Origin: Schmidtea nova | Taxonomy: Eukaryota | Length of the DNA: 64,000 bases | NCBI GenBank assembly: GCA_044892505.1 | Contig: CM097882.1 | Coordinates: 241,118,001-241,182,000, forward strand | Direction: 5' to 3' | Shown here: in pieces, positions 22,540 through 36,000 of the stretch | How the letters are laid out: every line of letters begins with the position of its first letter | Numbering within the stretch: position 1 is the stretch's first letter | The notes under the pieces: generated by a model | Seen by the model: only the letters and a program-made list of their open reading frames with translations | Told to the model about the DNA's origin: nothing | Databases searched by the model: none | Position numbers and translations under genes: made by a program

Positions 22540-25500
22540 TAATAATAATAATACCATCATTTTCAGTATATTTTTTAATATCATATTTTGATTTATAATA
22601 TAATATGGGCCATAAATTGGACTCTCTGCTTTCCTCTCTCCAAATCCTCTCGATTCCTTAGACCCTTTTTGAATTTTTCCGCATATGACATTGGTTTCAC
22701 TGCCAAAATTTCTTTAGATCTGTCCTTTGTTTTCTCATAAATTTTTGCTAAATCATTTCTCTCTTTGTGAACCATCTTAGGTTTCGTCGTAAGTACCTCT
22801 TTCAATCTTTTATCTCTCACTCTGTGCATAATAATCTCACTTACGATTTCTTCCTTTGACAATCCTGAATATAAAACTTCTTCCACGATTTTGAGAACTC
22901 GAATCTCGAAAGTAGCAAAACGTTCCTTGTCATCTTGTCTGATAGTTGCAAGATCCTTGATTTTATCTAATATTGACATTTTTATAGTGAATGTTTCTAA
23001 ATACTGTGAATAATTATTAATAAAACTTTTAAATAGCAAAGTGCTATGAAAATCAAATAAATACCACAAAATCTATTTATAAAATTCTGTCAGTAACATT
23101 TTGACAACGACATTTTGACCTCGACGTTTTGTCCGCGACATTTTGTCCATGACATTTTGTCCGCGACATTTTGTCCACGACGATTTGACCGCGATATTTT
23201 GTTCGATGACATTTTGTCCTAGTATCATTTAATCTATATCTGAGGCTGTGCAAAATATACAAATATTACAAATGAACTCTTTAATAAAATCATTTATTCT
23301 TTCATACTTATGGTCGTTTTTTTCCAAAATTTCTCATCTTTACGTCAAATAGCTAATTCTGATTATCGAAAAAACGTGCCTGATCTAATTGAGCTAGATA
23401 TATAGGCTGTCAAATGGCAGTCACATTTCTTTGAATTTATATAAAATTAGAAATAGTTAGCGACGAAAAGACAATCAGTGGCGTTATATACATATTGTTG
23501 AGAAAACCTAAATAATAAAAATTAAATAATATTTTAAAATGGTTAAAAATATTGGGAAGTATGGGTGTTGTCACAAAAATGATTATCGCTTCTATGGATT
23601 AATACAACTCTTAGCCCATCAAAAATATTAAACTAGCTCACTCGTGTACCCATAGTTATTCCCTGTTTAACTATGTTAGTACTGTACACAGTGGGAAAAA
23701 TTTAGTGAGCAGGTAAGTTTCGTTACTAAAACTACCCCCTACTATATTCTCCCTTTCGGGTTCCTCATGCGATAGAAGGACTTACGCATATACTTACTTT
23801 ACGTTCCTATCGCATGATTAAATCTTACCTTTCTATTACTTGATTTTATCTTTGATTTTCACTTATTCATTCTTAAAATAATATACATAACCTTTTTAAA
23901 CTGCCTCGATGTCCTTTACACTTATGTTCTTAATTTTTCTATTCCCATCCCCTAAATTTAATTGACAATAATTTTTAGGTTGTACTCACTGCACCCGCCG
24001 AACTTCGAAGAATCCCCAGTAGTGCTTTCACCCTCGCGGCCATAAACCACAGAGGATGCACCTATTTATTTTAAGAGCAGACATTAATCGGGAATCTCTT
24101 AATTAAAACAAAATTTTTACCTTTAACCTTTATTGTAAACATTCCATACTGATTACTTCAAAAATTATTACCCCAAAAGAAACAAAATAATATTTCTGAA
24201 AACGATCCACGTAACTGACTAGCGAAATCCAAAAATTTGCTCTCGGTAAATTAATGCCAAGTCAGTTTTGATTGTGATTTTTCAGCGTCTATTTGTACCA
24301 ATTCAACTGACGCCTTATATGTTGTTATTTAAATGATGTTAAAGATTTTAACTTATTTATCAGTTTTGATAAGTGAATATTTATTTATTTTTCATAAATT
24401 TAACTTTATAATTTGATTTATTTATTTTCTTAAATATTTATTTTTAATTCTATTGAATGATGTGTGTATCCATTGTTTTTTGTGCATTAATTAATTGATT
24501 AAAACAAACAAATCTTTTTTTATTCCTATCTTTGTTATTTTTACAATATTTCAATGGGGAATTTTTCTTTAATTTTTAATAATTTGTTTTCTTTATTCTT
24601 ATACCAATTTTATTCTTTGATCATGCTTTTTGTATTCATTCATAAGCATTTATAAGTATTCATTCATGAATTTCCACATTCAATTCTCGTGTGGTCCTTT
24701 GTGTGTAAATCTGAAATGCACTCAAATTGTGTGCTCTCTTTTGAAGATGCCTCTTTTATCGTTTCAATCCTATTTCGACCAAGCTCTCAGAAATGAAAAG
24801 GGAAACATGAGAAAAAATGGAATGTGCTGTAGACAAAAAATTGAGAAACAAAAAAAGTACTAGAAAAAGGCAAGTAATAAAAGGGAGAAATAACAGCATA
24901 TGAATCAAGAATTAAAAATTAGTGAAGAAAAGTGAATAGATTATAGAGATTAGAAAAATTAAAGAAAAATTATTGGAAACGAATTTGATGAATAATTATT
25001 GTGGTAGAGGAAATTGATAAAGGAATTATTGAGTTAAAAATATAAGTGAATTATTGGATAATGTGGAATCAAAAGAAAATCAAAGATTTAAATTAAACGT
25101 ATCTGAACAAGAATTAATCACTTTACTCAAAATATGAAAACTACCAGATCGATTTGTAAATTATTGAATCAGAGGCAGTATTGAGGGATATATAATTCAA
25201 AGTGTTGTAAAACATAATGCTAATCTTCACATAGTGTCGTAATAAACACTACATAACAACATGTGGTGATTCCTTTCGAATTTTTGTGTTTATTGTTGCA
25301 CTGAATAATATGAGTTTGGTATTATTATAATTTGTGTAATCATTTGTGATAATCAATAAAGCCTTATATTGTTTGAAAATCGATATTTTGTTGGTTAATT
25401 CAAGGACGCTTGGAGTCACGTAATTAATTGGAAATATTTTAATTAACCAACAAAACAACAACCCAACAATATATAATGTTAGTTCGAAAGAAATGTCTGT

Positions 25501-28500
25501 TTGTCACTAGAACTCTTCCCAGAAAGCGAACAGTAGCAACGTGGCAATTGCATGTTATTCTGACTGCCATTTCTAGGTCATTTGTGATATTTTAAACTGT
25601 CAACTATGTTTTGCTGTCACACGAGGTTATATTTTTATTCAAATTCTAACGTTCAACATTTTAAATTAACAATATCTGATTAAATGTTGAACTATAATTT
25701 GTGGGCGCTACTCGTGGTAAAGTCGACATTGATTTTGTCAACTTTAAAATTAGCTAGCACCTAAATGAAGACATAGTAACGCAAATGAAAATAATTGTAT
25801 TTCCAATGTCTATGATTGGAAGTTCAATAAAATCAAGGTGACGCCATACATTAATCTTAACTATTCTATTCACAGAATACTAACGTCTTATTTAAAGAAG
25901 TTTGATATATAAGGGTCCTTTGATTGAACAACATAGAACCCAACATAGAGTTTATTTTATTTTATTTTGCAGATTCACAGAATCAATAACTTGCACGCAA
26001 TTACTACATTAACCAAAGGTAAATTACTCAAATGACAAAAAAAGCGGTTGATGCTTTAAGAAAAACACGACTTCTCAACTAAGGTTTCTATAAGTTCTCC
26101 TGTTTATATATTTTCAATATAGTTTCTGGTTTCTCTATAATTCCTGGCTTTCATTTTTCTTAATGGTTTTAGCTATTTTATGTTCATATTTGTTTCTATT
26201 TTTTAATTTAAATAATTACAGCAAATTTATTTAAACAACACTAATACAACAAAATATGAAATTTTAGTAATGAAAATGAAAATTTAAATCTAATATGATA
26301 TGTTAAATTATAATGTTTATTCCTTTTAACAATTTTAATCAATACAAAGTAAAAACAAATTTCAGTTTTTAAATTTTATATTCTCAACATTTGAACAAGA
26401 TAATATTAAATTACAAAAATTAATTTTTAGAAAATCATTTTTACATTTTATAATTAAACAGTTTTAGTTTAAAAAAAATAAAAAAATTTTGATTGAACAG
26501 TAATGTAATGATTATTAAAAAAACAAGGTTGTTTAAATAATCAACAAGAAGGAGTTGTTTTTAAAAATAAATATTAAGTTGTTCAATTGTTTATTCTTGA
26601 TGTCTGATATTAAGATAGTTACTGGTGACCACGCCGAAATTATCGCAGTTAAAACACGTAGCCAAGATAAGAAATCTGCAAGAGAGGTTTTACCAAAGAA
26701 GGCTCAAGAAATCTTAGACGCTGAAATTCGTAGGTACGATGGAAGATGCGCTAAGGAAGCAGAAAAATGGATTATAGCGATCGATGAGCGGATTATAAGA
26801 AATGATCTAAAACGGACGGAAGCTTTTGATTTGTTGTTATCGGAAGAAGCGTCAATCTTGTGGAAGAATTTCAAAACCGAAGACACATCAGAGGATGATG
26901 CTAGAGAATTGTTTATAGAAACATTCACTATAAAAAAGTCAATATTAGATAAAATCAAGGATCTTGCAACTATCAGACAAGATGACAACGAACGTTTTGC
27001 TACTTTCGAGATTCGAGTTCTCAAAATCGTGGAAGAAGTTTTATATTCAGGATTGTCAAAGGAAGAAATCGTAAGTGAGATTATTATGCACAGAGTGAGA
27101 GATAAAAGATTAAAAGAGGTACTTACGCGAAACCTAAGATGGATCACAAAGAGAGAAATGATTTAGCAAAAATTTATGAGAAAACAGAGGACAGATCTGA
27201 AGAAATTTTGGCAGTGAAACCAATGTCATATGCGGAAAATTTCAAAGAGGGTCTAAGGAATCGAGAGGAATTGGAGAGAGGAAAGCAAAGACCATATATA
27301 CGGAAAGAACCCAGAAGTTTCGAAAACAAAGTGGAATACGGAAGATATGAACAACCAGAGTCCCAAAGATGGAAAGTACAGCAGGCGGGTGAAAAGAAGA
27401 TGCCAACTGTATCTCTGAAACATATAGCCAAACGGTTATACAACAGACATATGGGGTTACCAGAACCAAGGTCATGTGAACTCAAATCAGGTCAATGTTT
27501 TTGTTGCGGGGAAGAATGACATAGGCGCTTTGAATGCCCTTTAAAGGATAAATGTTTGATTTGCGGGAAGAACGGACACAATTTTAGAAATTGTAACCTT
27601 ATGAATGGACGACAAGGTTATAACACCAACGTCAAGAAGATATCATGTATACACGAAGAAATGGAGGATCAGCAGATAAATAGTTATGATTTTAGAGATG
27701 AATATGGAAGTGAGTGTCAACCACATGAAGTAGAAGTAAGAAAAAATGCCAACGATCCCATCGCACACATTTCGTCAATGGGATCGCAGATATAAATGAA
27801 GAAAATCGAAATGACAGGAGAAGAAGCATGAAGTATCAGACGAGCGATGGAAGAGAATAGAGTAAGATGGTTATTAATACGGTTGAAGTAGAAATGTTAT
27901 GGGATTCGGGGGCATCAATATCAGTGATGAATGAAGAAACATGGATAAACATCTGAAAACCGAGGTTAGATGCAAGTGATTTGACGATTTGTGGCGTTTT
28001 TCCAGGAAGTAAAAGACCACTGGGACGTACGATGGTAGAGGCGAAATGGAACCAAAAACAGAGGAAAATAAATATTGTTGTTATGAGGGATATTCGACCA
28101 GGATTTATTGGTGGAGTAGATACAATGAAAGCGTTCGGCATACAACTGGTGGAAGTGAAAAGTATTGAAGACAATGAGATCAAGACAAACATCAACGACA
28201 AAGACCGACTATTAAAAGCGAAAACAGACTTGCTGAAAGAGGAAAATACCGAGCTCAAGAAATTAATCACGGATTTTGCTTCAATAATTATGGCAAACAA
28301 ATTCGATTTAGGATATACCACGACGGTAGTACATAAAATTAAAACGACTGGTAATCCTGTGATGCAATATCCACGACGACAACCGATGCATCTGGAACGG
28401 AAGGTAGATGACTTAATACAAAAGTTAGTAGAAGCAAGGGTGATCAGGCGATGTCAGAGTCCATGGAACGCACCATTAGTCATAGTAGGAAAGAAAGACG

Positions 28501-31327
28501 GATCGATCAGAATGTGTGCGGATTATCGGAGTCTAAATAGTCTGACAGAGAAGGAATCTTTTCCGATGCCGAACATCACACAGTTACTGGATTGCTTGGC
28601 CGGAGCGAAGTTTTTCTCATTGGATCTGGGTCAAGCATATTATCAAGTGGCATTGGCAGCAGAGTCACAGGAGAAAACAGCGTTTAGTACGAAAAGCGGA
28701 CAGTTCTGTTTTGAGCGATTACCGTTCGGATTGACAACAGCTCCAGCTACATTTCAGAGATTCATGAATACTATGTTAGAAATTATTCTTTTTAATGGGG
28801 CGGTAGTATATTTAGATGACATCCTCATATACGGGAAGGATAAATCGGAACATGACAGCCGGCTAAAAGAAGTTTTTGAAAGAATCAGAAGTACTGGCGT
28901 GAAGATAAATTCGGAGAAATGTGAGATCTACAAGGATAAGTTAATATTTTTAGGGCATACCGTGAGTGAGTTCGGTATTCAAACTAACGAAGAAAAGATA
29001 CGGGTGATTAGGGAAGCTACAAGACCAAAATGTGCGAAACAACTGCGCTCATTTTTGGGACTGACGAATTATTATCGAAGATTTGTCAAAGATTATGCGC
29101 GTCTGGCAGCACCACTATATGCAGCAACAACGGGGTGTGATAAGACCTTACAATGTTCTCAAAAATGTGAAACAAGTTTCGAGAATTTAAAGAAGCCCTG
29201 ATGAAAACACCTATACTGGATTATCCTAGGATGGACAGGGTATTTGTCTTAGATACGGATGCTTGTTTTGAAGCGGTAGGTGCCGTTCTGAGTCAAATCA
29301 CAAAGGAAGGTAAAGAAGTAGTAATTGCGTATGGGTCGAGACATCTCACAGCACACGAAAAAGGGTATTGTGTGACCAGAAAGGAATTGCTGGCATTACA
29401 TGAGTATGTTACTTATTTTCGTCAATACTTATATGGGAAGGAGTTTATAGCGAGAACCGTCCACAAGGCGCTTGTATTTATGAATACGACAAAGAAAGCG
29501 ATAAGTCCACAATTCCAAACATAGATGGTGAACTTATCAGAATATAATTTTAAATTGCAGTATCGGAAAGGAGTAGAACATGGGAATGCCGATGGATTGT
29601 CGAGAATTGGAGGAATGTTGTGCGCACAATGTCAATTACAACACGAAGAGCCGAAGAAGGAAGGAGCTAGGGTACGATATATTAATTCGATACAAAAAAC
29701 TGGCACCATGATGAAAATTATGGAAGAAAAGAAGGACAAAGAGTTTCAAGGAGCATGGAATTATATCAATGAATTTTTAAATGAGGAAGAAGATTTTTTC
29801 AAGAAATCTTTCCTATATGCTCACAAAGACAGATTGAAGATCAACGATGACCTAATTACCGTAGAGAGAGAATCCAATCATTTAGTAGCAGTTCCAGAGA
29901 GCCATCTAAAACAACTGGTTAAGTAGATTCATGAAGAATTATGTCATGTTGGGGAAAAAAGTCTTTCATTACATGGAAAATAGTTTTTTTCTGGCCAAAG
30001 ATGTGTGAAACAGTAAGACACATTGTAAAAGAATGTAGTATATGTGCGAGAAGGAAAATAGATCAAGGAAGAACGAAAGAACTTTTTATTTCACGCGGAA
30101 GTAACGGGTTTCTGGAACAAATCGTAGTTGACGTAGCACACATGGAAAAGACATGGTCCAGAAAGAGATATGTGGTTGTCATAATAGATCGGTTCAGTAA
30201 ATTAGTATGCCTAACTGCGACAGAGAAGCAAGACGAAATGACGATATTCCGGATTATACTTCATAATTGGATTTATAAATATGGAAAGCCAGAAAGTATT
30301 CTTTCAGACAGAGGAAAACATTTTGAAGGCAGATATATGAAAGAGAAATTCGAAGTTTTAGGGATTCGTCAAGAATTCTCAGCACCATATCAACATCAAT
30401 CAAATGGATTGGTAGAAAGAGTAATTCGCACGATGAGAGATCTACTGGTGACTTCAATTCTTAGTAACAACAGGCGATATGAATGGTGCGAGATACTTCC
30501 AAGGGTGGAATTCAGCATCAATGCGACGTTTCAAAGCGCAACTAAATATTCTCCATTTGAGATTGTGTATGGACGGAAAGTGTCACTTCATGCCAATGGA
30601 CAAGGATCAGAGATCAAAGGCCAAAGAGTTGACGAGAAAGTAATTCAGAATGCTAAGTTAGCGGCGGATAGAATGAGAATTTTAGAAAAAGATCGAAGAG
30701 GTAAACGTTCTTTTAAAGTGGGGGAGGAAGTATTGGTTCGACCTGAGCCACACAGAAGGAATAAGAATGACATACAATACGATGGACCATATAAGATTGT
30801 TAGAATTTTGTCGGAACACCAGATTGAACTACAATTTCCGGATGCTAGACGACCGAGGCGGATAGAATGGCTGAAGAGATGGCATCAAAGTTGAGGAGGG
30901 GAAATTAATGTAATGATTATTAAAAAACAAGGTTGTTTAAATAATCAACAAGAAGGAATTATTTTTAAAAATAAAAATTAAGTTGTTCAATTGATAATTC
31001 TTGATGTCTGATATTAAGATAGTTACTTGAACAATAATCAAAATAAATTTACATAAATAATAAAAATTGATATTATGGTATTTGCAACTTCAGTTACCGT
31101 TACAACATTTGACTGAAAGACTGGAAATCTTTCGTATAATACAACACTATAAAAGAAATAATATTGTAATATTCTATTTGAGGTACAAAAATAAATCATG
31201 ATATAATAACAAGCAAAATATTTATTAATTTGGTTTTCCAGCCGCTTATTCTCTGCTTTATCTTATTCAAAAACGTTTCTTTTTCCTTTTATAAACAAAC
31301 TTCTTTTTGGTAAATAATGATATTTTA

Positions 31328-31374
<47 letters not shown>

Positions 31375-32959
31375 AAAAAAAGCTTGTGACTTTTTGTGAT
31401 ACCCAGTGCAAATCCCCAATAGCAGACTAGTTTCGAGCTTTTGGCTCTCATCAGTGCTATGCAGGAGACGCGAAAATTTCTCTCCGCGCCAGGTAAGTAT
31501 TAAACAAAGTCGAAAGATTTTTGTTATATAGTATACCTGGTACACTGGATAAAACATCACTTGAATATGCAAGGTCCTACAGATAATCTGTAACTTGCAA
31601 ACATGGCGTATGAATTTCATTTTCACCTCTGCGCACTAAAAGTGTTCAACAGAAACTGTTTGCAAGTTTCTGTTGAACACTTTTAGTGCGCAGAAGTGAA
31701 AATGAAATTTATACGCCATGTTTGCAAGTTACAGATTATCTGTAGGACCTTGCATATTCAAGTGATGTTTTATCCAGTGTACCAGGTATAGTATATAACA
31801 AAAATCTTTCGACTTTGTTTTATACTTACCTGGCGCGGAGAGAAATTTTCGCGTCTCCTGCATAGCACTGATGAGAGCCAAAAGCTCGAAACTAGTCTGC
31901 TATTGGGGATTTGCACTGGGTATCACAAAAAGTCACAAGCTTTTTTTTGTTTAAAACAANNNNNNNNNNNNNNNNNNNNNNNNNNNNNNNNNNNNNNNNN
32001 NNNNNNNNNNNNNNNNNNNNNNNNNNNNNNNNNNNNNNNNNNNNNNNNNNNNNNNNNNNNNNNNNNNNNNNNNNNNNNNNNNNNNNNNNNNNNNNNNNNN
32101 NNNNNTGGAGAGTATTAGGAAAGGACAAAACGGTAATCAAGGGTCGAAGTAAGAAAGACCTGGAAGGCGAAACTCAATTGTTTTGTACCGGAGAGCAGTA
32201 AGTGTGTACCTGTCACGGCTGTCACAAATGTTGTCATTTAATTTGCATTTGTGCATTAACATGTGGTGTTGCTCGATGTTGATAATTCATTTGGTGAACA
32301 TTCCATTGTGCATTGACAAACATAATAGATGGTGCTGGCTGAGGTCCTGCTTAGACTGACGCCACTGGAATCGTTTCATCGGAATTATTGGTAGCAGAGA
32401 TCCATTGTATAGGCCCATTATGGGTAGTAATAATGGACAATTGTTGATTAGAATATGATTGATATTGCGAAAACACAATTTCATGGAAGCCAGGAAACTG
32501 ATGCTGAAACTGAGAAATTTTATTCGGTTGAATATGATTTGTAATGAAATTGTTGGGCTGCTGATTAATCATTGATTGAGGAGGTATAGATTTTTTATGT
32601 GAGTGGATCATTGGATGATTATTATGCTGCTGTTGTTGTGGCTGTTGCTAGGATTGCTGCTGTTGAACATGGATGTTTGATGAATGACGATAAACAGGAT
32701 ATGAAGAATTGTACTATGGCATATTTTTCTGCTAAAAATTGTCAGTTCTGACACCAATTATGGTATATACAACTTCGTATAATACAACAATGTAAAAGAA
32801 ATAATATTGTAACATTCAATTTGAAGTACAAAATAAATCACGATATAATAACAAGTGAAATATTTTATTTATTTGGTTTTACAGCTGCTTATTCTCTGCT
32901 TTATCTTTTTCAAAAACTTTTTTTTTTAGACAAACTTTTTTTTATGGTAAATAATGATA

Positions 32960-33011
<52 letters not shown>

Positions 33012-36000
33012 CGGAGGCACTACAGATATAAAAATATTTCATTTTAAAAATTCTTTCAGCTGATTTGACATCTTTTCTCACTATCAATCCCGGACAGAAG
33101 TTTCCCGATACTTTGCAAGAAGTCGCTGATTCTGAAGATATAATTTTGCATCTTACAGTTGGACAGTCTGCAGCTTCAACTTTAAAAGTAATTTCTTAAG
33201 CATAAATGTGAAATCTTAGTTATTTGTAGAAATCCATGCCATATTGTTCTTATTTTTGTATATTTAGATGGAACTTGTAATACGGATTACATATTCTTAA
33301 ATATGCAAGTAAGTTATAAATGTGACAGTTATATCATTATTTGCTACCAAAGTATAAAATGATTCTCATTTGCTTATATTCCCCCCAGGTTCAGAATTGC
33401 TTTTATTGCATCATATGATGAAAGTTGTTGCAGACATGCATCATAACTTGCTTCTAATAAGGCACTTAATTGCATTAGAGGACATTCATTTTTATTTGAA
33501 ATATTTATTTTAAAATTAAAAATTTAATAATATATTTCCAATATTCTTTGTTTAAATTGATCAACTGACACTCAATGATAAATAAAATACTTAATCATTC
33601 GAATAGAAAACTGAAAAATAGTGATAAAAATTTCAGTGATAAAATGAGTTCATTCAGTATCGCGTCAATAAATTCTGTACACATCTAATTTTTTCGAAAA
33701 TAATTGAAAAGGTTTTTGGAAATAACATCTAATATAAAAATCATAACTCGGCAACTATTTAATGAAATTTTTCTTCAAAATTTATTTATATTAAGATTTC
33801 TATAAAAAAATTAAAATACTCTATTTTTATTTTTAGAATTCAAGAGATCTTGTTCTTCAAAAGCTATACACGAGAAGTAAATTGGTTTCCGATTGCTATC
33901 CACTGGTAATGTTGCCTTTTACAATATCTACACAATATTAAACTTTATAATATTTTCAAAAAATTATTCAAAATTCTTTTGTTTAAATTATTGTAAATGA
34001 TATTTTGCAATTCTAAATATTCATCAGGTAACATGATTATTAATAATAATATTAATAGTTTTCAATACTTAAAAATAGTTACTCTAAATCTTTTATTGAG
34101 GATGACAAAAGTGACTGTGAAAAGTTTATGTTGAATTCTAATGATCTTGGTATGGGTGTGTCTGGATCTAAGGTGCTTATTCATTTTGATGAAATTCCTT
34201 TGTTAACTTTGGAAAGGGACAAAAATCGATAAATCGCACTGAGCCGAAAATATGTTGGTATTGCCTTATTTTGAGGGCTCCAGAGAATTCAAGCATGAGA
34301 TTCTGAAACATGTGGACAAGGATCTATTCATCATTGTTTCCAAATCTTGCAAAGTTAGCAATGTTCACTATTAAATGTCAAACGCTATCTAGCTTGTGTC
34401 TGAACTCGTGTATTCACTCGCATTTCACTTAATGGCTGTAATGCCACATGCATTGAGAGACTGCGCATCATTTCTGTGTTGACTATTATTAGTGATCATT
34501 TTAGGAAAAGCGACAATAAGAGATAAGTATCAATAATTTGAAGATTATTGCAAAAGGTTTGAGTAATTATTGGGAACGAGTATTTTGTGAGGCATTGTTG
34601 ATTAGATATTTTAATCCAAAAATTAATGCTCATGTTGCTCATTTCATTTCATTGATATTGTGAATGTGTTTGAGTAACTGGGTGTTGCATGTTGTGAATT
34701 GTGTTTTTGGTATAATTATGTTTGTTTTTGAGAATTTTTTCATTTATTGAATTTTTTGTTTTTTTATAAAATGAGGATTTTATGTTTTTTAAAATAGTTA
34801 TAATTCGAAATTAATTTGAAAATTTTATTTTTAATAATTTAATATTAAGAATGAGTGTTGATACAAATTGAAGCTGATTATTATTGACTAATTTGTTTGC
34901 ATTTTTCTTATTTTCTAGTTATTATTTGTTATCACGATTGATGGCCTGAAGAAGACTGATATTAGGGAATTTTCTAGCATTATGTTAAATTAATTAGTTG
35001 GCGCTCCTCAANNNNNNNNNNNNNNNNNNNNNNNNNNNNNNNNNNNNNNNNNNNNNNNNNNNNNNNNNNNNNNNNNNNNNNNNNNNNNNNNNNNNNNNNN
35101 NNNNNNNNNNNNNNNNNNNNNNNNNNNNNNNNNNNNNNNNNNNNNNNNNNNNTTTATATGACATTTAACGAATTTTCAGAAATTATTTGTTAAGACAAAA
35201 TATTTATTCCAAAAAGAAACAATGATCTTAAATATTATACAAGGAAAAGAGTACAGTACTGCAACATTCCAGCAAGATGTTTTATCTTTTATTTTCTTTG
35301 GCCTTTATACATCAAAAGAATGGCATAATTATATGTGTTTATTTATTTTTCTTTGCATAATATGATTTATTCACGGTGAGTGCTTGATATCAATCAACAG
35401 ATAATAGTTTCAGTTGTTAAATCCAATTTTAGATTCATATTTGTCAAAGGTCTTCTATGGTAAAATTTTATTACGTCAACGTCTAATCTTTTTTCAATTA
35501 TCCTTTATGTTTAACTGTCCCTTGCTTACTTTTATTGGTTGAGTATCAATAGATTGACATCTATCACATCTTTTAACAATTTTATGTAACTCATTTTCAG
35601 AGATATTACTATCTGTTTTTTATAGCAAAATTCTTCCACCTATCTCCGTCAAAACGGCATAACCGGTGCAATTTGTCTATCTTTTTTTTATAAAATTGTC
35701 AATTAAATGAATTAAAACTATACAATCATGTTTAAAAATCCAATTTGAAAGAACTCTAGTCAGTGCTTTGAATTTATTTTCTTTTGTTGACACATACAGT
35801 ATTTCGGTTTTTATTCAGTATGCTTATCAATCCTTCTTGTATCAAAAGCTCTGACATTATCTTCACCTTATTATGTTTCATTTTATGCAGAGATTCATAC
35901 CTTTCACCACTGCTTCGAATCCTCATAAATTTATATGCTTGACATTCTTTTCTTTTAATCACCAAAAGGCATTCTCCATGATATTCGCGTCAACTTCTGA

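Larger units (their letters stand above)
26499..31027 (+). mobile_element. Full-length decayed Ty3/gypsy LTR retrotransposon (4.5 kb)
   Basis: LTRs 26499-26623 and 30904-31027 (about 6 substitutions and 1 indel); TSD TGAAC on both sides; PBS TGGTGACC (tRNA-Trp-like) overlapping the LTR by 1 nt; PPT GAGGAGGGGAA; gag-PR-RT-RH-IN order. Confidence 0.95.

Noticed and set aside
31822-31950. U1 snRNA gene
   Set aside because: Only the first 13 nt match; no stem-loop I or Sm site follows. It is the reverse complement of a splice-donor motif in a palindrome.
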